Shown here in pieces: positions 57,418 to 64,000 of a stretch of 64,000 nt of DNA; the stretch's first letter is position 1; every line of letters begins with the position of its first letter. Source of the stretch: an uncultured Bacillota bacterium (GTDB taxonomy: Bacteria; Bacillota; Clostridia; Christensenellales; QAND01). The notes under the pieces are model-generated. The model saw only the letters and a list, made by a program, of their open reading frames with translations, had not been told where the DNA came from and made no database searches. The stretch is taken from NCBI GenBank assembly GCA_905208455.1, contig CAJLPK010000001.1, positions 72 through 64,071 on the forward strand, in the 5' to 3' direction. The position numbers and the translations under genes are program-made.

Positions 57418-57794
57418 ATTGAAAGGACGGCAGAGAATCGCTTTTTGACTCATCGCTTGACAGAAACGGTAGGGAATGGAGATAGGATTTCCCAATATAC
57501 ACATTGCCCTATCAAACCTGTCGGGAGTGACGGTGCTGCGTTCCGCCTTTATTGGACACAGGAGCCGGTAGATTCAGCAGAGCCTGTTGGCACGGATGAG
57601 GCAAAGGCGTTCTCATAAATTTTCAGCGTACATGGAAGAGGGAATAGGCCCTCTGCATTTTGGCAGGTTCTCGAGGATGCTAAGCGGTTGCGCAGCCGCA
57701 GAAACGATGGATTGCAGAACAATGAAAAGCATAAGGGATGGTATTGCATGAAAAGGCCCTGCAAGCAGTTGCTTGCAGGGCCTTCATGGTATGG

Positions 57795-58628
57795 TTAAGC
57801 GGCTTTGGCCTCATGCTGAATACGAATCAGTGCATGCTTCATACGGGGAATCATGACGATTGCCAAACAAATGATGAGTTCGGGAACCAGATAAGTTGCA
57901 TTGTAGCCCAAGGAGTAAAGAAGCGGACTTTGCCCTGCGGGTGCAGAGGAGGCAAAATAGATTACACCGGACAAAACATGGATGAGAAACCGCGCTGCAG
58001 AGCCCAGGATAATGCCCAGGGGAAGCTGGTTATCCTTCCGAAAAAGCCCTGCAACGCCCAGCACAGCAAAGGGGAGGATATAATCCAACAAAAACTGCAT
58101 GGGATGGATGACATAGGCGCCTTGTACCAGCTGCATGATCCCGTCCATTGTACCGGCAGCTATGCCGGGGATGGGCCCGTAGATCCAGGCAAAGACCAGG
58201 ATGGGCAGCATGGAAGCGGGGGTAACGCTGCCGCCATTTGGCATACGATACAGGGTAAGACAAGACAATACAAACGCCAGCGCAACGCACAAAGCGCCGG
58301 TGGAAAGCATTTGGATCGTCCATTTTTGCCGCCGCAGCAGCAAAATGATGCAGACAATGCCAAGGATGGCGACGAGGACAGACCAAAAGACAGGAGAATA
58401 CAAAAAGGCCGCGGCCGTGGACGCTCCTTCCTCCGGCTCAATGGAAGGCAGTGCAAAAGCAAACAGCACTGCCAATGCCAGCAGCAATACTACGGCGATG
58501 GGCAGCGATGACCCGGCACGCTTGCGCAGCGCAAAGAACACCACAGCGCACACGACGACAAGCGCCCATACCACCCAAGCCCATGCGGGCAAGGCTACCA
58601 AGTTTTCTAAAAACGTAGAAAACCACAT
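57795..58628 (-). CDS. ThiT-like ECF S-component (probable thiamine/precursor transporter) with N-terminal two-TM extension
   Basis: Polytopic. Directly downstream of a TPP riboswitch. The C-terminal roughly 180 aa have S-component-like topology. Confidence 0.5.
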   Translation of the reverse strand: MWFSTFLENLVALPAWAWVVWALVVVCAVVFFALRKRAGSSLPIAVVLLLALAVLFAFALPSIEPEEGASTAAAFLYSPVFWSVLVAILGIVCIILLLRRQKWTIQMLSTGALCVALAFVLSCLTLYRMPNGGSVTPASMLPILVFAWIYGPIPGIAAGTMDGIMQLVQGAYVIHPMQFLLDYILPFAVLGVAGLFRKDNQLPLGIILGSAARFLIHVLSGVIYFASSAPAGQSPLLYSLGYNATYLVPELIICLAIVMIPRMKHALIRIQHEAKAA

Positions 58629-58661
58629 AGATCAAACCACTCCTTTTGACCGCTTCCCATG

Positions 58662-58800
58662 AAAAAACCCGCAACATCGTTGCGGGAAACGCTGGCATAT
58701 GGCTTGATATGCGCGCCGCTTCCCTCCGTTGGCATGATCCAGACAGGTTCCAAGGGTCGGGCGGATATGCCCTCTCAGCCTTTCGGCACCCCCAGCGGTA
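58662..58800 (-). promoter_or_regulatory. TPP (THI-box) riboswitch with terminator expression platform
   Basis: Minus-strand RNA reads CUGGGGGUGCCGAAAGGCUGAGAGGGCAUAUCCGCCCGACCCUUGGAACCUGUCUGGAUCAUGCCAACGGAGGGAAG. This matches the THI-element core (GGGGUGCC…GCUGAGA…ACCCUU.GAACCUG.UCUGGAU.AUGCCA.CG.AGGGAA). It is followed by hairpin CCCGCAACGAUGUUGCGGG plus a U-tract abutting the start codon. Confidence 0.8.
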
Positions 58801-58889
58801 CTATTTGATTTTTTTATAGTATAGGGTGAAAGGAAAGGGTTTGTCAAGGATGGACTTGCAACGGTGGAAAAAAGGCGGTATAATGCAGA

Positions 58890-59150
58890 CAATCAAGCGA
58901 CGACCAAGGCCACGTTTTACGCGGCACAGCAGAGAACCCGCCCGCAGGCTGAAAGGCGGGTATGCCGGGAGAACGGTTCCCACCTTGCGAGCTTTGCAGT
59001 GAAAGCTGCCGCCTGCCGGGCGTTATCGGTACAATGAGTGGGCAAGTGTACTTGCCAAGTAAGGTGGTACCACGGAAGCATGTCTTTCGTCCTTGCAGAA
59101 AAATTGCGGGCGAAAGGCTTTTTTTATGCCCGCCTGTGAAAGCTTGTTTG
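58890..59150 (+). promoter_or_regulatory. T-box leader upstream of proS, with promoter TTGCAA-N17-TATAAT at 58856-58884
   Basis: Conserved T-box sequence AAGGTGGTACCACGG (about 59060-59074). AGAGA motif in stem I. Upstream AATGAGTGG-like box. Terminator-like GC hairpin plus T-tract (59106-59133) before the RBS. Confidence 0.7.
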
Positions 59151-59164
59151 GAGGAGGTAGTTCA

Positions 59165-60619
59165 ATGGCAGGAAAGAAACAGCAAGGGGCGTTTGTGCAG
59201 GCGATCACGCCGATGGATGAGAATTTTTCAAGATGGTATACGGACGTTGTGGTGCGGGCAGAGCTCATGGATTATTCCGATGTGAAGGGCTGTATGGTCA
59301 TCCGTCCGTACGGCTATGGCATTTGGGAATTGATCCAAAGGGAGCTTGATGATAGGTTTAAGGCAACAGGCCATAAAAACGCATATTTTCCGTTGTTTAT
59401 TCCGGAAAGCCTATTGAAAAAAGAAGCAGAGCATGTAGAGGGGTTTGCGCCCGAAGTTGCCTGGGTGACAAAGGGCGGCAATGATGAACTAGCAGAGCCG
59501 CTGGTCGTGCGCCCGACCAGCGAAACCATCATTTGTTCTATGTATGCAAAATGGGTGCAATCCTATCGGGATCTGCCGCTGCTGCTCAACCAGTGGTGCA
59601 ATGTAGTGCGCTGGGAAAAGAGCACACGCCCGTTTTTGAGAACCAGCGAATTTTTGTGGCAGGAAGGGCATACTGTGCATGCTACCTATGAGGATGCACA
59701 GAGGGAAACCATGCAGATGCTGGAGGTGTACCGCGATTTTGCCTATAATGTGCTGGCCATCCCGGTGCTGACAGGGCAAAAGACAGAGAAAGAGAAATTT
59801 GCAGGGGCAAAGGATACCTATACGATGGAGGCCATTATGCATGATGGCCAGGCGTTGCAGATGGGGACTAGCCATAACCTGGGCCAGCATTTTGCCAAGG
59901 TATTTGACATTCAGTTTTTGGATAAGGATGGACAGCAGAAGTATGCTTGGCAGACCAGCTGGGGCGTCAGCACACGCATGATCGGCGGTTTGATTATGGT
60001 GCATGGCGACGACCGCGGCCTAAAGCTGCCGCCGAAAATTGCGCCGGTTCAGGTCGTGATCGTGCCGGTGGCAATGCATAAGGAAGGCGTGCTGGAAAAG
60101 GCCAACGCTTTATATGAAGAACTGAAGGCAGCTGGTCTGCGTGTAGAATTGGATGACAGAGACCAGTCCCCCGGCTGGAAATTCAACGAATGGGAAATGC
60201 GCGGTGTGCCGGTCCGGCTAGAGGTAGGGCCTCGGGATATTGAAAACGGGCAGGTCATGCTGGCGCGCCGGGATACGCACGAAAAGACAGCAGCGCCTAT
60301 GGAAGGGCTGGTGCAGTCCGTTCAAGCGCTTTTGGAGGATATTCATACTACGATGCTGCGCATGGCTACCGAGCACAGGGATGCGCACATTTTCCAAGCC
60401 TCTACCATAGAGGAGGTACGGGACGCAGTTGATGTTAAGAAAGGTTTTGCGTTTTCGCCCTGGTGTGGAGAGCGTGACTGTGAAGAGCATGTAAAAGCGG
60501 AATATGGCATTACGACACGCTGCATGCCGTTTGAACTGCAGGACCAGGCGGAGGGGCATGTATGTGCCTGTTGCGGAAAGCCGGCGAAAAAGATGATTTA
60601 TTGGGCGCGTGCCTATTGA
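59165..60619 (+). CDS. proS: Prolyl-tRNA synthetase (archaeal/eukaryotic-like type, no editing insertion)
   Basis: 484 aa class II aaRS. Motifs FSRWYTDVV, VIRPYG, RPTSET and C-terminal zinc-binding C.CG…Y are present. Confidence 0.9.
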   Translation: MAGKKQQGAFVQAITPMDENFSRWYTDVVVRAELMDYSDVKGCMVIRPYGYGIWELIQRELDDRFKATGHKNAYFPLFIPESLLKKEAEHVEGFAPEVAWVTKGGNDELAEPLVVRPTSETIICSMYAKWVQSYRDLPLLLNQWCNVVRWEKSTRPFLRTSEFLWQEGHTVHATYEDAQRETMQMLEVYRDFAYNVLAIPVLTGQKTEKEKFAGAKDTYTMEAIMHDGQALQMGTSHNLGQHFAKVFDIQFLDKDGQQKYAWQTSWGVSTRMIGGLIMVHGDDRGLKLPPKIAPVQVVIVPVAMHKEGVLEKANALYEELKAAGLRVELDDRDQSPGWKFNEWEMRGVPVRLEVGPRDIENGQVMLARRDTHEKTAAPMEGLVQSVQALLEDIHTTMLRMATEHRDAHIFQASTIEEVRDAVDVKKGFAFSPWCGERDCEEHVKAEYGITTRCMPFELQDQAEGHVCACCGKPAKKMIYWARAY

Positions 60620-60625
60620 GATGAG

Positions 60626-60656
60626 GAGAAAGCTGAAAGGCTTTCTCTTTTTTTAT
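60626..60656 (+). terminator. Rho-independent terminator
   Basis: Hairpin gagaaagc-tgaaag-gctttctc followed by ttttttt. Confidence 0.8.
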
Positions 60657-60970
60657 TTGTATGCCACATTTTAGGGATATGCGGTGCACATTTACTTTTT
60701 TGCCTTATTTAGGATATAATATAGATTCTGACAGAAAATAGAATCAATCATTTGCATGATATGTGCATACAAATTGTGTATGGGGGTGTTGGGTTGCCAA
60801 ATACGGAGCAGACAAGGTTTGTGCCCAGAAGCGAGCTGCGCGAGCAGGGGCGGAGACCTAAACACACACATAGAAAGCAAGCGCCGGTACACAGCCGGCA
60901 GACAGGCCGGCCGGTACGCCATACTGCACATAAGGCAACAAAAGCATCACAGCATGCGCTGAAAACCACC

Positions 60971-62455
60971 ATGGTCGTTACGCTGATCATTGCAGCCAGC
61001 AAGCTGCTGGGCTTTGTACGGGAAATGGTGATGGCCGCTTATTTCGGCCGCGGCGTGGAAAGCGATGCATTTGTAACGGCTTATGGCATATTCAGCATTA
61101 TGACATTGCTATTTAGCGCAGGCATTGCCTCTACCTTTATTCCGATTTATACAAAAACAAGGCTGCGGCAGGGGCAGCTGGCAGCTGATCGATATGCCAG
61201 CCAGGTGGTTACGCTATACTTTGTGGCGGGTTTGCTAGGCTCTCTTTTGGCGTATTTGTTTGCACCGGCGATCTGCTCGCTGATCTATCGCGCAGAGGTA
61301 GGGGTGGAGCTTACCATCCAGCTGACGCGGATGATGTATCCCTCCTTGGCGTTTTATGCAGTCACGGGTGTTTTATGCAACCTACTGAATGCGAGGGAAA
61401 AATTCATTCCAGAGCAGCTGCTGGGATTCATTTTGTCCGCCTGCTTGATTACCGCCATCGTTCTGTTCAAGGATATCCGTATGGTGGGCATAGCGGTGTC
61501 GGTGACAGGGGTGACGCAGACGATCATCCTGCTGCCGTTTTTGCGGGGGCACTTTCGCTACCGGCCGCACCTTACGGTACGGGAGCCTAAGATACGCCGC
61601 ACCTTTGTGCTGGCCATTCCGGCGCTGATTAGCATGGCGTTTGATGAAATCAATCACCAGATAGACCGTATGATTGGGTCTTCACTGGGGGTTGGGGTCG
61701 TAACAGCGCTTAGCAAATCCTATTCGCTGGTTACCACTGCGCTGGGCATCTTGATTGTTCCGATCACAACGATTACATTCAGCAGGCTGAGCCGCATCGT
61801 AGCAAAACGAAAGAAAAATGATTTCAGCCAAGCTGTGCGGCAAAGCATAGAGATCATTGCGCTGGTCACTATGCCGGTTATCGTACTGGGCGTTGTGATG
61901 CAAAAGGACATCATTGCAGTCGCTTTCCAGCGCGGCGCGTTTACCGCAGAGGATACGGCCTTTACCGCGCCGGTTTTTGCGATGTATATTGCAGGATTAT
62001 TCTTTTTTGGGCTAAGAAATTTTTTGAGCCGTGTTTTTTATTCCTTGCAGGATACCCGTACCCCTATGCGGGTCGGGATTGTAAGCGTATGTGTAAACAT
62101 TGCGCTGAACCTTACATTGTCACGCATAATCGGGGCTATGGGCTTGACGCTTGCCACAACAACGGCTGCTTTGACAGGCGCTACCTTGCAGCTGATTCTA
62201 TTGCATAAAAAAATGGGCTCTTTAGGATTGCGCAGCGTGGTAGGGCAGATCCTTCGCATACTCATTTCCTTGGCGGCAGCTACGGTGATTTTGCTGCTTG
62301 TGCTCGGCCTTTTACCGGCGCACAATGGGGAAACCTTAACAGGCCTCTTGCGTTTGTTTGCGGGGGCGGCTTCCTTCCTGGCGGTGTACTTAGGTGCGAC
62401 GATGGTGCTGGGAGTTCGCAGCACAAGGCAGCTGATCCACATGGTAAAGAAATAA
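60971..62455 (+). CDS. murJ: Lipid II flippase MurJ (MviN)
   Basis: About 14 TM helices with MurJ family pattern. Start at ATG 60971 is uncertain. The in-frame upstream ORF back to 60752 is highly basic and lacks an RBS at 60971. Confidence 0.75.
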   Translation: MVVTLIIAASKLLGFVREMVMAAYFGRGVESDAFVTAYGIFSIMTLLFSAGIASTFIPIYTKTRLRQGQLAADRYASQVVTLYFVAGLLGSLLAYLFAPAICSLIYRAEVGVELTIQLTRMMYPSLAFYAVTGVLCNLLNAREKFIPEQLLGFILSACLITAIVLFKDIRMVGIAVSVTGVTQTIILLPFLRGHFRYRPHLTVREPKIRRTFVLAIPALISMAFDEINHQIDRMIGSSLGVGVVTALSKSYSLVTTALGILIVPITTITFSRLSRIVAKRKKNDFSQAVRQSIEIIALVTMPVIVLGVVMQKDIIAVAFQRGAFTAEDTAFTAPVFAMYIAGLFFFGLRNFLSRVFYSLQDTRTPMRVGIVSVCVNIALNLTLSRIIGAMGLTLATTTAALTGATLQLILLHKKMGSLGLRSVVGQILRILISLAAATVILLLVLGLLPAHNGETLTGLLRLFAGAASFLAVYLGATMVLGVRSTRQLIHMVKK

Positions 62456-62484
62456 AAAAAGGACGGGGTTCCCGTCCTTTTTAT
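62452..62484. terminator. Bidirectional terminator between murJ and degV
   Basis: A-tract, then hairpin aggacgggg-ttc-ccgtcct, then T-tract. Confidence 0.8.
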
Positions 62485-63323
62485 TCTGCCTTTACATAGG
62501 CGAACCCAACGCAGCCCGGGCCTGTATGGGTGCCGATGACAGGCCCTACATCGCAGAGAATATAAGGCTCCACACTGCAATGAGCGGAAATGGCGGAGAT
62601 GAGATCCGGGACAGCCTCCGGGGCATTGGCATGGGCAAAGGCAAAGCCATATTGCGGATCAGCCGGCTCACGCTCTAAAAGATGCACTAAGTGGCGGAAA
62701 GCGCTTTTATAGCCTCTGGATTTGCTGACAGAGACCACAGCGCCATCCTTGATGCCAACGATGGGCTTTAGCTGAAGCATCGTGCCGACCGCAGCGGCAG
62801 AGGCGGACAAGCGGCCCCCTTTGTGCAGGTATTTGAGCGTAGCCACTACGCCATAGACAGCCAAGCGGTCCTTGATGCTGTCTAAGGCTTGGCAGATTTC
62901 CTCAGCAGACTTTCCTTCGTCCCGCAGCTTGGCGGCATGGCGCAGCAAGAGCACATTGCCGAAGCTGACGTTCATCGTGTCCACAAGATGGATTTTGTCG
63001 CTTTGCAGCTGCTCTTTGGCAATAACGGCAGACTGGAACGTGCCGCTTAACCGGCTGGAAAGAAAAATACCGACGATTTCATGGCCTTGTTCCAATTCCG
63101 GCTGAAAACGCGCGATAAAGGCCTCGGGATTCAGCTGGCTTGTAGTGGGCAGATCATGGCTCTGGCTCAGCTTTTGATAAAAGGCCTCGGGGCTCAGCTC
63201 TACCTTATCCAGATACTGTTCCTCGCCAAAATAGACCGATAGAGGGATACATTCAATATCCAGCTCTTGAAGCTGGGATAGGCTGAGGTCGCAAGTGCTG
63301 TCTGTGATGATGCGGATCGACAT
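62481..63323 (-). CDS. DegV-family fatty-acid-binding protein
   Basis: N-terminus MSIRIITDSTCDL. 280 aa. Start at ATG 63323 follows RBS GGAGG. Confidence 0.85.
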   Translation of the reverse strand: MSIRIITDSTCDLSLSQLQELDIECIPLSVYFGEEQYLDKVELSPEAFYQKLSQSHDLPTTSQLNPEAFIARFQPELEQGHEIVGIFLSSRLSGTFQSAVIAKEQLQSDKIHLVDTMNVSFGNVLLLRHAAKLRDEGKSAEEICQALDSIKDRLAVYGVVATLKYLHKGGRLSASAAAVGTMLQLKPIVGIKDGAVVSVSKSRGYKSAFRHLVHLLEREPADPQYGFAFAHANAPEAVPDLISAISAHCSVEPYILCDVGPVIGTHTGPGCVGFAYVKAE

Positions 63324-63330
63324 GGGAAGG

Positions 63331-63801
63331 TCAATCCTCCTTTCCTTCATTGGATTTTTCGGAAAAATAATGCTGTATGGCATCCAGGGCCTTGACCAAG
63401 GCTCGAAGCTCTTCGCCATTTAGCGCCTGGATCACAGAGGAAATCATATCGTGATGAAAAGCGGCATGAATGCGGTTTGCCTCCAGCCCCTTTTCGGTAG
63501 GGCAAAGCAGGACAGAACGCTTATCCTTTGTGCCGCGCTTTCTTTGCAGATAGCCTTTTTTGATAAGCGGGCCAACGGCCGTTGTCAGGCTGCCGGCGGT
63601 AATGCCGAGAAGCGGAGCGATCACGCTTGGCCTGCTGTCCTTTTCCGTCTGTGCCTGGCAAACCGCTTCAATGACATGGATCTCACGGATGGAGAGATCG
63701 CTAAGGGAACCGCGGCATAATACGCGCCCCTCAATGCGCAAAATTTCGTTGAACGCGCCGACAAGAAATTCATTGAGCGCTGCATAGGTCAGATCCTGCA
63801 C
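63331..63801 (-). CDS. MarR-family transcriptional regulator
   Basis: 156 aa. Winged-helix region (…KDKRSVLLCPTEKG…). Confidence 0.75.
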   Translation of the reverse strand: MQDLTYAALNEFLVGAFNEILRIEGRVLCRGSLSDLSIREIHVIEAVCQAQTEKDSRPSVIAPLLGITAGSLTTAVGPLIKKGYLQRKRGTKDKRSVLLCPTEKGLEANRIHAAFHHDMISSVIQALNGEELRALVKALDAIQHYFSEKSNEGKED

Positions 63802-63936
63802 ACGGCAGCCTCCTTTTTTGTTTGAACTTCAAAATAAATGATGGAATACAGCATAGCACAAGAACACGCAAAAGGCAAGTGTATTTTGAACTTCAAAGGA
63901 AAAGCCCCGCCGAAGCGAGGCCTGGTAGCATCTTAG

Positions 63937-64000
63937 CATTAGGAGCAGGCAGCGAGGATGGCATCGTGCAGAAATTGCGCAGCGCCGGGAGCGATCGCAT
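63937..64000 (-). CDS. 3' end of an unidentified minus-strand gene (…AIAPGAAQFLHDAILAACS*)
   Basis: Open frame to the window edge. Followed on the minus strand by a hairpin plus U-tract. Confidence 0.3.

Noticed and set aside
57549-57764. 71-aa minus-strand ORF as a cognate peptide for the XRE-TPR regulator
   Set aside because: Wrong strand for an RNPP pro-peptide. No signal peptide or RBS. It overlaps the terminator of the transporter gene.
1-64000. CRISPR arrays, prophage, IS elements
   Set aside because: No regularly spaced direct repeats and no transposase, integrase or phage structural motifs were seen anywhere in the window.

Overview
This 64 kb window is a chromosomal segment from a moderately high-GC (about 55–57%), spore-forming Firmicute of the Clostridia type. 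It includes the rpsT–gpr–spoIIP sporulation synteny and a comEC–holA pair, and coding density is high on both strands. Core housekeeping genes make up most of it: a DEAD-box helicase, rarA, polA, coaE, murI, thrB, mutY, pgi, proS behind a T-box leader, murJ, a fusA-like EF-G paralog, an NfeD–FloA–YqfB flotillin operon, a Y-family polymerase, and two tRNA-Leu genes. The most biologically notable block is a complete vanG-type glycopeptide-resistance operon on the minus strand (vanR–vanS–vanW–vanG–vanXY–vanT, about 16.8–23.5 kb). Just upstream, a low-GC (about 43%) patch sits directly 3' of tRNA-Leu(GAG) and carries a standalone SRA/YDG-domain (modified-cytosine-binding) protein behind a perfect 17-bp palindrome. 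Next to it are a flavodoxin gene, a stretch of decayed gene fragments, and a LysR regulator. Other candidates worth a second look: a tandem pair of CpXC zinc-ribbon paralogs with an amidohydrolase; a DUF362 gene driven by a consensus sigma-70 promoter with a perfect 9-3-9 palindromic operator, followed by an RNPP-like HTH-TPR regulator with no obvious cognate peptide; a split comEC (MBL domain encoded by a separate upstream gene); an EF-G paralog with an atypical P-loop behind a 340-bp AT-rich leader; and a TPP riboswitch controlling a ThiT-like transporter. No CRISPR array, integrase, transposase or phage structural genes were seen. All calls rest on motif recognition by eye and would need database searches to confirm.
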